Part shown: positions 1 to 11,900 of the stretch, in pieces
How positions within the stretch are numbered: the first letter of the stretch is position 1
How the letters are laid out: every line of letters begins with the position of its first letter
Source of the DNA: Balanoglossus misakiensis
Taxonomy: Eukaryota; Animalia; Hemichordata
DNA: 64,000 nucleotides
Assembly: GCA_040954595.2 (NCBI GenBank)
Contig: CM082577.2
Location: 2,604,001-2,668,000, forward strand
Reading direction: 5' to 3'
Translations under genes and position numbers: made by a program
The notes under the pieces: model-generated
What the model was told of the DNA's origin: nothing
Databases searched by the model: none
What the model saw: the letters and a program-made list of their open reading frames with translations, nothing else

Positions 1-690
1 AAAGCCTTTCAGACAAAATGAGAAATGGACAGAAGTCATCCACATTGAATGTTGATTCAACACAACAGTCTTTCTGATCCCATTGGATTATACCAATGTC
101 TCAAAACTTTCTGGGAACTCTAGCAAAAGTGTATCAGTTATACTGGTAATATTAGACAGGTTCGGCTACACGTTTTACGTGAACGCGTAGAACCCACCTT
201 CGCGTTTAATTAGACGTTCACGTGGAAAAGAGTTTGGCTTCACGTCAACGTCTGTTTGTGTGGCACGCGCACTTTGTATTCGAATTTTGAACGTGTACAT
301 CGTTACACCGTGTCGCTGCACTGCAACTATGGTTTCAACCGTCTAGCGACCATACAAATCGATGGCCAAATTTCACATAAAATGACTAAAAAGAAATAAA
401 TGCGTTTTCGTTTGTCACAATGAGATATCAAGCTAACAAGGCATACAAATATATATTTCATAGATATGATTTTTTGTTGCCCAAAATGAGAATAACTTTT
501 CACGTTTGCAACTAACGTGAAAGCACCTATCTCTACGTAAAAAATGCGAAGTCTTTTACGTGAACGTCAAACTTTACACAAAACTTGATGACGTCATAAC
601 AGAAATTCGTTGCCGATTGTGGCAGTAATTATAAAAAATACATTTGCACTTAAATATTGTACTATTGTTAAAATTCTGGATACATAATAA

Positions 691-1700
691 AATATTGATC
701 TTGCCACTCTGAATGTTGAGCTAACTAAAGTACAGACCTGGTGTAAGTCAAATAAACTTACTATTAATATTGACAAAACAAACTATGTTATTTTCAAAAC
801 AGCCCAGGCGAAGTTTAAGCCTGAGGGAGATTTATATGTCTCTGATTTACCATTACATAATGTTTCTTCTGCTGTTTATCTTGGAGTTACTCTTGACTCA
901 TCATTATCCTGGAAGTCTCACATCAACATTATTTTTAAGAAGGTTAGCCAAAAAATCGGTATTATTTCATATGTACGCCATTATCTCCCTAAGTCTATAA
1001 TTTTATTATTATACAATTGTCTTATCCTTCCCCATATAATGTATTGTATCGAAATATGGGGAAATGCGTATAAAACCTATTTAGATTGTATTTTCAAATT
1101 GCAAAAGAGACTTGTAAGACTTATAACATTTTCTAGCCCCAATACACATAGCGCACCACTTTTTCAGCAACTTGGAATTCTTAATGTTTACAAACTCTGT
1201 AAATTTCAAACTTGTGTTTTTGCGTATGATCTAAAGGCAGGGCATTACGCCCACTCACTAGATCGCTATGCTTCATTTGTATCACACAAATATTTTACAA
1301 GATTTGCCTCTACTGATAAGTTTACGCTTCCCAAAGTAAAACTTACTTCATCTCAAAATAATTTATACTATTCTATTGCCAAGCATTGGAATGAAATTCC
1401 TACACAAATAAAATCAATTCAATCAAGGAATTTATTTAAAAGCTCTCTGAAAATGTATCTGTTGAGCATAGATTAATTTAACCTCTTTTATAAACCTGTT
1501 TACTTTGTCACCGCGTTGTTTGACTACCAACTATTGTTTTGTGATATGAATTGGCAATTATATTAATTGTTTCAATGATTTGTATGTATTTAGGGCCAGG
1601 GACACGACTAGTTCCACTAGAACTACTTCCCTGGTCCGCACCAGTTATGTAAAATGCATCTTTCTGGTGAAATAAACTATCTATCTATCTATCTATCTAT
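691..1700 (+). mobile_element. 5'-truncated non-LTR retrotransposon (CR1/L2/Crack-like LINE): C-terminal part of ORF2 plus 3' UTR and (CTAT)n tail
   Basis: Open frame 691-1476 reads WCKSNKLTINIDKTNYVIF...YLGVTLDSSLSWKSHI...LYNCLILPHIMYCIEIWG...HSAPLFQQLGILNV...FKSSLKMYLL, the typical post-RT region of this LINE group. AATAAA is followed by (CTAT)n at ~1676-1700. Possible target-site duplication ATATTG at 692-697 and 1701-1706. Confidence 0.9.
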
Positions 1701-2384
1701 ATATTGGCTTTTACTTTTTATGTACTCAAGTTGAAGTAATGCAGCCTTCTTTGTAAAGCAATATCGCTTGCGGCAAAGCTTTATTATTTATCTGGTTAAA
1801 ACTTGCATATGCACTCATATTTAGGGTTTATAATGCTTGTGTATAGTTCACTGCCTTTATCTGCATGGACTATTGGTAGTACAGTTTGAAACAAAAATTA
1901 TGAAAATTATCCCAAAAGTTGCAGCTTACGTGCCTTTAAGGTACCATGGTCATAGCTGACTGAGGCTGTGTGTGTGTTTTATCTGAGTAGCAAGAGAGCT
2001 GGAATACATATTTTAAAAAGAGCACCACTGAAGCAAATTAATGTCAGATCAAACAGCCAGTTGAAGAGACCACCAGAGAAGTAGATGCGAGTTGTGTAGT
2101 CGGTCCTCAAAATAGAGTGGAACTGATGCAAAGTAGTAGCTGCACATTCATCCAGATACCTTCCACTCACTGATGATCTGGCTCATGTGATGTTGTTTGT
2201 ATACTATCTGAGACTATCACAACCATCATAATATTCCCTGCTTAAGGGTGGTGCTATCAAAAAAGGTGAAAGAAAACTGAGTCAGTGAAAAGTTATTTTG
2301 TGACACAAAAAGTATTCGGATGTTGTAATCTTCTGCATCTTCTGATACCAGTAATACATGTGTAAAAATAGAATTTAACAATAC

Positions 2385-2430
2385 ATTGTTTGTATTGTAT
2401 TGTATTGTATTGTATTGTATTGTATTGTAT
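2385..2430. repeat. (TTGTA)n pentanucleotide microsatellite
   Basis: Direct tandem repeat seen in the sequence. Confidence 0.9.
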
Positions 2431-2461
2431 GCTATTACCACATTATTTAATAGGATAATTA

Positions 2462-3034
2462 CGAGCGTGAAGTTGGCCTCATCCTCATCCTCAGCCTCAT
2501 CCTCATATTCATCCTCATCCTCATCCTCAGCTTCGTGACCCCAGGAAAATAAACAATCCGTCATCGGCGATTCGTTAAACTTGAAGATAGTATTTAAATA
2601 ATATCATTTATTTCATTGACTTGGATAAATACAAATACGGATAGGACTTCTGGTTTTTTAAATGCTTTCTGGAAGCGAATAAAAACTCCCGAGAGAAAAT
2701 AGTATCGCTTACCCAGACGCCATTGCAGGTCAAAGTTCATTTGCAAATTTCAATAAAAACATCAAAATTATCGTGAATTTCGGATATCTGACGTGATCTA
2801 AAAGAAGCGAAAGCGATATGGGTAAAGTATTTACATGGGAAAGTCTAAATAATTGATTGGATTTCTTATTTTGACTCTATTTGTTCTATTTGCCGATCGT
2901 ATGGATAAGTTTGATGTTTATCTTCCTGGGGTCACGAAGCTGAGGCTAGGGTCACGAAGCTGAGGATGAGGATGAGGATGAGGATGAGGCTGAATATGAG
3001 GATGAGGCTGAGGATGAGGCCAACTTCACGCTCG
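2462..3034. mobile_element. Non-autonomous DNA transposon (MITE), Tc1/mariner-like, with ~90-bp TIRs containing (CATCCT)n
   Basis: Left end TA|CGAGCGTGAAGTTGGCCTCATCCTC...CTTCGTGACCCCAGG; right end CCTGGGGTCACGAAG...GAGGCCAACTTCACGCTCG|TA. TA flanks both sides and the interior has no credible ORF. Confidence 0.8.
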
Positions 3035-3062
3035 TAGGACAATTGTGGTCAACAATTGTATA

Positions 3063-3212
3063 CGAGCGTGAAGTTGGCCTCATCCTCATCCTCAGCTTCG
3101 TGACCCCAGCCTCAGCTTCGTGACCCTTCGCAGGCTGGGGTCACGAAGCTGAGGATGAGGATGAGGATGAGGCTGAATATGAGGATGAGGCCAACTTCGA
3201 GCTTCACGCTCG
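3063..3212. mobile_element. Internally deleted second copy of the same MITE (TIRs only, hairpin)
   Basis: Same CGAGCGTGAAGTTGGCC start and CTTCACGCTCG end, with the two TIRs almost abutting. Confidence 0.75.
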
Positions 3213-3522
3213 TCCCGCTGGAAGTGACTGGGATTATGCTAATGAGACCTCGCACACAGTAGTGAGTGTGAGGGTCAAAGTCCGCTGCCGGAGTTGTGGC
3301 GCAAATTGAACTTCTGGGAAGCAATCATTTGATCGTTTCTTTTGACATATATCATTATTATTCTTTCATTATCAAAACACAACCATATTTTACAGCCCGC
3401 AACCCGCATTTTAACGCTTCCCGCCGACCACACCTCAATCATTGTCAAATGACTAGCGTTTTCATTCAACTCATGTTATATGTACTTATTATTCCATGGC
3501 ACTTGAATAAGAAATGTGAAAT

Positions 3523-4026
3523 CTACTCACTGCTTGAGACTTCAGTGTTTTGTACATCATAGGCAAGAGATGAGGCACCTCGACTAGCCACTGCGACAGG
3601 TGTTCGTACAGTGCCATAAATGTTCTTCCAGAAGTATTTGCTGGTTTCTTCCATTTTAGAAAATACACGAAGGAACTGTGGCAACTGCCCGCCCCTTCGT
3701 ATAACAGGAACAATTCTTGAACGATTCTCTTTTTTGTTTTCTGCCAAGTACTTTTCGAGAGCATTGAGACCTTCAAAGTATACCTGCTCGTTGTGGTTTG
3801 TGTGTTTGCTCAAGATTATGAAAGTCCTCTCACATTCGTCTAGAGCTTTTTCAACATTGTCGAACCCGTATCCCCCTAAAGGGGAATCTGGGCCGTCTTT
3901 GTAGTATCCTCGTGTTTTTGTCTCATTTTGTACCTTCGTGACAAAGTCTTCCACCCACCTCAGGTCTTCGTCAGCATAGAGAACGAGGAAATCAAACATG
4001 AATCTCGAATCTCCGGCCATCGCCAT
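3523..4026 (-). CDS. TIR-domain protein (TIR-only 167-aa ORF, or first coding exon of a longer gene)
   Basis: FDFLVLYADEDLRWV (box 1), DSPLGG (BB-loop region), ALDECERTFIILS, QVYFE, RIVPVI and FWKNI (box 3) match the TIR fold. ATG at 4026 in CAAAATGG context. A GTGAGT donor at 3530-3525 overlaps the stop codon. Confidence 0.8.
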   Translation of the reverse strand: MAMAGDSRFMFDFLVLYADEDLRWVEDFVTKVQNETKTRGYYKDGPDSPLGGYGFDNVEKALDECERTFIILSKHTNHNEQVYFEGLNALEKYLAENKKENRSRIVPVIRRGGQLPQFLRVFSKMEETSKYFWKNIYGTVRTPVAVASRGASSLAYDVQNTEVSSSE

Positions 4027-5903
4027 TTTGAATGAATATGACCTCGTATGACCCCATGACGTGTGACCCACTTTTAACCCATCGGTAATAGAGGGCGCAC
4101 TAATCAGGTTTTCTGCCGGCTCGACTTCTGCCTTATCAATATATATGTATACTAGTAGTCATGCCAGTCTTGCTACATTTTAATTAAGTTATACTTTTGA
4201 AGAACTCGTACTGAGAACTTACCTTGAACATACTTTAAAGGTCAGAGACTATAAGTAATTATGGGAATAATCTGATAGTATTGCAATCACACACAGTTGT
4301 CAGTAAAAAAAGGACACAAGCACACCAGATGAAAGATGATGGACTGGTATTTCACAGCCTTTTTAATATACACTAATAAATCTTGACGTACTCGGGGAAA
4401 ATGGCCATCCTTCATTTAATGTATGTAGTTACAGTCACTCCAAATAAGAGACACACATTTATCTGCCTTTGTTTGGATAGTGCTGGCAATAATCTCCACT
4501 TCGACTGAAACCTGCGAACACGAATGAAAATTTGTCGCGTATAGTTATTGCTTTTGATTTGCAAATGCAGTATTAACTAATTATTAGATCATTGCTAACT
4601 TTTCATAGAAAATCAAACAAATGTAGCTTGGATTTTATGAACTACTCCCAGCAGGGAATAAACGTCAATTTTCTAAACGTAAATACTTTCAAGCATTCTC
4701 AATGAAGAACGGCATTGGAAACGAAACAAAACAAAACACAACTGCTTGTCAGTCAGGTATAAATGATCTCAAGAAAAACAAACACAAAGAAACAAATACG
4801 TATCGTGTTAATTTTCCATTTAAAAATTAACTACTATACGCCAAGCTGCAATAAATCCAGATGTTATGCTATATGTATGGTGTATGCACATGGGTTTCCA
4901 AAAACAGAAATTTAACATTTTATTTAAAGTCTCAAAAACCCAGTTTCTGCTGGCTTTTGTAATAATTTCGACAAAAGTGTATGAACCTCGATTGGGCACT
5001 AGTAGAACAAGTACACAAGACTCTCTCACAGCCCTCCTTTACGAGGTGTTGTCTACTGGTACGGTGGGCCCTCAACGGTTTAGCGAAGCAAGACGGGCAC
5101 ATACCACATGGCGTTACCACTCTGGTATGCATTCCTAGGCCAGTCCAAACTTTGCTCGACTCAACATTAAATTCACGTGTACTGTGCATATACTTAACTG
5201 TATCTGAGAATATTGAAATCTAAAATTTACACAAAAAGTCAGAAAGGGAAGGAAAGAGCTATCTTGAATTTTTTGCAGCACAGCACAGCCATGTGGTAGA
5301 AAATGGAAAGGGGACCAGACTACATGCTACACATGTTCAGGTAGTGTTCTAATAGCCCGGTTACCGTGACAAAATTTTAAAATGTACCTTTCTTTTCTTT
5401 TCTTTTTTCTTTTTTTTTAACAAAGTCGGATTTTCAGAATGATTCTTTATATGCTTGAGCGATCAGGTCCCACCTGCGTCGCCTCGAAAAGGATCACTGA
5501 AACTATACACCTGGTTTACACTTTACCTATTTGACGACTGTTTGAAAATAACCCGACCAATCAAAGAAGACCACCACTGGTCGGTCAACCCTGCGCGAGA
5601 GTTCAATAAATGCAAATTTATACAAACTGTTCAGGTTTAAAATTACTCCTCACGACAAAGAATAAAAAGTCACCTTTAAAAAGTGGAAATATTCCAAATC
5701 TACAGTGTATTCTGCATCCAATGTCACTTCAATTAGTTCAGTATATAATCGCCGGTTTCCAATTGTTTTTTTGCTTCTGCTTTTTATGTCAATAAGCTAA
5801 TGTAGCCCACATTTGGAGCTGAATGAATAATTTGTTGTCTTGTCTCGTCCCAAATTACAACAATTCCGCACCACACTATCGCTGCGAACAAATCTCTCAA
5901 GCA

Positions 5904-8900
5904 TCAGAACAGATCCTCCGTTTTGATGTCTGATTGGCTGACGCAACAATTGGCGACAAGGCACATGGTAGAGAACAAGAGCACCGTTGCTATAGAGATG
6001 GTGATGGCATACATGACGCCATAGGTGAGGAACCAATCATTGTCGATGGCCTCGTGGAGCTCCGTCAACGCGTAGATCAGTCCCTCGTACAGGCGGCTCT
6101 CGCCCGACGCCGTGGTGCCGGTGGGGTGGCTGAAGTAATCGGAGGACTGGTGGTATATTTGCCCGAGCTCAATGTCAGACACGACCGCCGCTGTCTGCTT
6201 CCCGATGGCGATGAAAAGCTGGATTAAATGAGACAGAAATTTGCATTCACCCTTCATTTTACTAAATATGTATGGATGGCCGTTTAGGCTATATATCAAT
6301 CCATCCATACATTCATTTATTCATCATTGATTGATTGATTAATTCACTCATTCACCCATCCATCTATCCGACTAATCTGTCCGTCTGTCTGCATACCAAG
6401 GCCCAGTCGGCAAAATGGCTGCCATGCTGCATACCTGACCCTATATTTGTTAGTACAGCGCAGCCACCGGCAGAATTGTAACATGGACTACAGTCCAGCC
6501 CACTCACCTCTTTCTCTGTGAACGAATAGAGTATGACAGCGTTGTCCTGGCAACCGTCCAGTCCGAACCACTGCCCTCGAAGGTCTTCGGCAAAGTCTCG
6601 AGCGCGCTGGCGGTCCGGAACATAGCTGTGTAATCGTGAAAAGAGTGAAAATGGTGATTTGCGAAAAAATAGCGAGTAAAAGCGTGTGTAAATGTGCATC
6701 TATGTGACAGTGGAACTAGCAGCAAAGTTTAAGAGAGAACTGATTTTATCTAAAAACGCACACAAATCGGGAGGGTAAACTTTGATTAAAACACACACAA
6801 ATTATTTTAAACAACCCGCATTAAATCGTAGTGGAAATGTAATCACACAAGAGAAGGATGTATAGGCTAAAACCACTTCTATTGGTCAAGATACGGAATA
6901 GTATACACTAAATTTGATGCGATGCATATATAACAAGCCGTGGAACGTTTACTATTACTCACTAAATTGGGCCAAAAATACTCACTTAATGAAGAAAAAT
7001 AATAATAATCTCCTTTTGATTTGCAATTACACAAGACTAACGAAATCTGTGAACGAAAATAAACACACACACATCTAAAGCATGTAAATTGAAAAGCAAA
7101 GCTAGCCCCATGCGAAAAAGATCACGTCTGATGAAAACAACGTGTTGATCGGTTATAAAAAAAAACGAAACCGGGCATATTATTACGACTGCTGTCAACA
7201 AAGACGATGGGGTTTGCGAAGAAATCTTGAAAAAGCAAATACAAAATGTATGGCTATGGCGTGTTGTAAAGAAAACGTGGACACGAAAAAAAACGGGGCG
7301 TCGATATCGATAGTGTCCAACTCGCCTTGTGCTTGTCTTGTTCTTTGTGTCACTGCCCCATATAGTGGCTTGTTGTTGTGAGGACGATCTTAATGTGAGT
7401 GAGGTTGGTTGTAAATAAACAGAAAAACATTTTCCGTTTTTTTAATATAAAAAAAATAATTAAAGACCGTTATCACTTTTGATTTGCATTAAATGTCAAA
7501 CACTAGTATTTCAAGGAATGTTTCTGGCCTATGACGTACGGATCCAAGCCAATACTTCCATGGCAACACGGTGCTGGCTTGTTTGGACATACGCCCCCTC
7601 GAGTCAAAAATCTCATACAGATCTACTGTTCGATTCGATTGGCCAGGTCATCACACTTTGAATTCATCAGCCCCAGCGAGGGAAAAAAACAGAATGGTCT
7701 GATTAAAGATTGAAACATTCTCCTATTAAGACTTCCCTGCGGCACTGTCTAATTTCAATGTCATATCGGTTGAATGGATGTCATATGTGATCTACGCCAT
7801 GTATCACAAAGAGTCGACTTTGCCTAGAGCAGGATTTATCCCAGCGAAGAATCAATCAAGAACAGCAATTTCCTCGTAACACTATGATTATCCATCATAT
7901 CTAAATCCCATGCGATGTTTTCAATTTCAACGGCATCGACGATATGGTAAGCAGAGATTCACTGAGGAAAGAAGAAGCTGCCTATGATCGTGGCGCCGGG
8001 GTGCAGATTTTAGGACTAAAAATTGTGGGGCTGTCAGTTTTTACCAAATCTGACACCAGGCTACGTCACTTCAGAAATACACCAAATAAAAAATTATCGT
8101 AATGTTACTCGTTTAATATCACCATTTTAAGAGGACCACTTTAAATAAGAATATCGTTAAAGCTATGGTGTCCATCTAATGAATGCTACCGCGAGCCCGA
8201 CTAGATGATGGACCCTGATTCCTAGCAACGAAATTCACCCAAGCATATCTAAAAGACATGGCGCGGTTTTTTTTCTCTCTCTCTCTTAGGTATACCTCTG
8301 CTCATTTCCACGGAGTCAGAATCTAATTATACAGAGTGCGAACTCAGCTGCCAGTCGCCTCGCCTTGAACAATCATCATGTTTTATTTTCTTCTATAAAA
8401 AAACATCCTGGGAATGGAATCACCAAAATAGCACAGTCATTAAGAAATAACTGGAGCAATTTCGATAATCTTATCTACTATCTTGCTCATATGAAATAAT
8501 TGATCGTTTCTTATTTATTTGGCAGACGACCCTAGACGTCTCAAGAGTAATACATCTCTCGTGAAAGGCTGAAGGTTTGCGAATTTTACCGTAGACGGAG
8601 CAAATGTCAAACATGAATATGCACTGGGCAATATCATACATTTACATGTGTGTAGTATACTGCCGTACATATTCGATATACATGTACATAAATAGTTGCC
8701 ATAAAGAAAAAGACACGTTCGTCGAAGGGATTCGCAGACGAATATAGAATTTGACACGTTGAAACTCACCAACACAAATTCAACACTCCCTGACTTCTTG
8801 TAGAGTAAAAAATGGTGAATAAGACATATTTGCAAAAATGTTCATTTTGTTTCCAATGCAAACCCTCGTCAAAAACAAGAGATGGATTTTCATGATTCAA

Positions 8901-11900
8901 AGGCAAAAACGAAAGCTAAACTTGGACATCTGATTTTGATGATCTACAAAATAATGTCGATGCCTTCTCTATCGCTAAAAGGGAAATCAGAACCCGGGGA
9001 GTAACGAACCATGAAACCCCACGATGCTCCATCTGGGTCACGTGGCATTGCAATGAATTTTCTCCATCGCGGCAGCTGTGCTCTGTGTCCTGCTCAGCAA
9101 TTAGTCTTGTCAGAACACGTAATGCAGCGATTACTCCAGATCTGTGTAGTAACGGTTGCCAAGGTCGCTAATTGCCACTTTCCTTGCATTAATCCGGAAT
9201 GGGTATCTCTCACGACTAATGTGTTTGGCAGCGGACGAATACAGAGGCGAACAGGCGTGTTTGTTTTACTTTTCGACTGATTAATACGCATGGATAATAA
9301 ATTGACATATTTAAAGTTTGAATATTGGCGAATTTTATAAAAAGTTCTATTTATAAATCCGTTATTGAAGAATAATGTGGATGGCCCGTGGTATTTCTCA
9401 TTTCTGTACGCGGGTCAAATGTGAGCGAGACACGGGAACAAAGGTCACCGTATTCGTTAAATGGCGGATATCCCTTAAATTAAGCGTAAATTTGAAGGCC
9501 ATAAAATCCATCATATCGCCAGGAAACCCGTAAAGGGACCAGAGGTGAATGCTATTATCGTAAATACGCCATAGCTGGCAGAGAACTGGGTCGACTTGGG
9601 TGATGGAATGGCGAAAGGTTAACAAGGACGACATCATACACCTACCATGTTATGTTATTCACTTATCTCTCTCTCTCTCTCTCTTTCACCCTTTTGCCAT
9701 TTAGACAACAACGGGTGTACCAATGATAAGGGTGTTTGAGCCTATACATGTGGCACTTTGGTAAAAGGTACTCTAAAAATAAAGGGTAGTGATTGTACGA
9801 TACTAAAACGATTTGGCGTTCAATACTAACAACGTGACACATTTAAATTACACTATATAGGTCATTCTCAGTGAGTCATAGTTATAAATCGCTTCAAATT
9901 GTGACAGAAAAACTTAAATTCTGCATTCGGTTTCTGTTACCAGTTTACGTATTTGGTTTCCTGCCCCATTTCTACAGCGCCATTTTTATTTTGACTGGTA
10001 TAACCGACAGCAGTTGCTCTGATCTGCATCCAAGAAATGGGACAGAGAACCAGACTGCATGTATGATTTCGTTCATTACAACGCCCTCAGCGGTATAGTT
10101 AGAGGTTTAAGGTCCTACTTACTTTCCTTGTATTCCCATACGCTTCGCCAGGGCAATGGCGACCCGGTATCCCCCGCTTTCGGCGCAATTCTTCTCGCAT
10201 TCACATCGGGAGGTCTCCTTCAACTGTTCCAGGGCATTGTCAAGCTTATCCGCTGCGAATACAAGAATTAAACCAGATGTCACAAACATTTATCATGGGA
10301 GGGAGGATTTCCTTTTTTCTGTTACCAGAGTACACGCGTATTGTGGTAACCATATTGGATAGTATCGCAAAGCAAACCAACGTCACGTGCCTTGTTTATG
10401 ACTACGGGCAGACATGTCATGAGGGACAGACGTCGACCCGCTGAAACACCTGGACAAGCAGTGGACGCGACCGTGGATCCGAATGAATACTACGTGTCGT
10501 GAACTCAACACTAGACACAGACAGTTTCAAAATGCTTGAGGGTATCAAAACACAGTAATCACGAATGATAAATTTACCGCTGTCCAAAAAAGGAAACCCC
10601 AGCCATCTGTCCTTTTCGAACAGACCTGTCTATGTTCAGGAAACACGTCAGTCATTTATGCAAATAAGGGAGGCAAAGCAAGAGAACGACAGCACAATCG
10701 GCAAATGGATTTCTGAAAATTAAACGTCGCAGTGTTTGCGCTCCAGTCGATTTTATTCGCTCGTATTTCGCTTCAAATTTGATTAAATGTCCCTTGCCTT
10801 GCGGCAGTCTGAGCTTTTCGTGTCACAGTACAACTCAGCAGAAAAAAATAAACACCACGGGGTTTTTGTCATTCTTATTAATCGACGGATTTAATTTGCA
10901 AAGTAGGTCGTCTCTCTGAGATTTATTACTAGCGTGTATGGTGCACCTGACAGTCAGCTTTATCACGCAGTTTCGAATTCGTAGATCCAGCTGGCCGAAG
11001 GAAACGTTTGCATTAAAATATATCGGAAACCCTAAGCGACATGATAGTGAGGTGTTCACTGCCCACGCGCCAGCGCATGTAGATTGACGCAAAATGTGTA
11101 TTTGCCGTGAGGTAAAGTCACGGCACATATGCTAATTTTAAAGACCTAATGCGTATGAAACGAACTTCCCTCAGAAAGGAATATTTTATATGGGACGCAA
11201 AGACATTTTACATGTTAACGCTTTTCAGACCAGTCATCCATTAGAGAGGAGGCAGACAGACAGACGTGGTTCAAGGAGGCGTTCACTAATCACCAGGGGG
11301 TGGGTTGGGGTGTGTATGGTGGCCAAAATGCGACAGACAGATTCATCACCCTTAAAACAAATTCGAAATATTTTTGAAATCAGAAACCAACAGTGTCAGC
11401 GACATCAAGGATACAAAACAAGCCGCGATGAGCTAAAAACGGTTGCCATGGTTTCGCCCTGGCTCTCCACCAGGCCGGGTGCGTGTTTTGCAGCTATTAA
11501 CAAGCCTGGCATTTGCATCACAATTTGTTGCCACGGCAACACGTCGATGACGTTCTTTGGCTTTTTGCAAGTTAGGTGCTGGGGCTTTTTCTGTTGTTAT
11601 GACGGAGTCGATCTCGGATGGTATAGAGATGGGTATAATGACCAGGCGATATATCTGGAGAGCCTTATGCACTTGGGAAAACGACAGCCCTTGTTAGCAG
11701 AATCATCTCAATCCGATCAAACGGAGCCTCGGAGATTCTTTTTTTGTTGCAACTGATGGATGCCGGATTCTCCGGTTACGACAACATCAGAACACAAAGC
11801 GCGTATTAGTCGCGCTATCTATGGCTAATCTTCATTTTATCTACTTAATGTACACAATAAAAATAAATTTAAATCCTGTCAAAGAAAAGCTATTTGATTG

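Noticed and set aside
1-140. Possible further exon of the TIR gene at the window edge
   Set aside because: An acceptor-like signal is present, but the frames are short or stop and nothing is recognisable.
2226-2564. ORF with EDEDEDEY acidic run and (IQYNT)n
   Set aside because: It is a translation of MITE TIR hexamers and a TTGTA microsatellite.
2460-3213. CRISPR-like appearance of repeated units
   Set aside because: The units are inverted with no unique spacers, there are no cas genes, and the context is eukaryotic.
11190-11756. 188-aa ORF inside the first intron of MOLO-1-like A
   Set aside because: No recognisable domain or coding-like composition.
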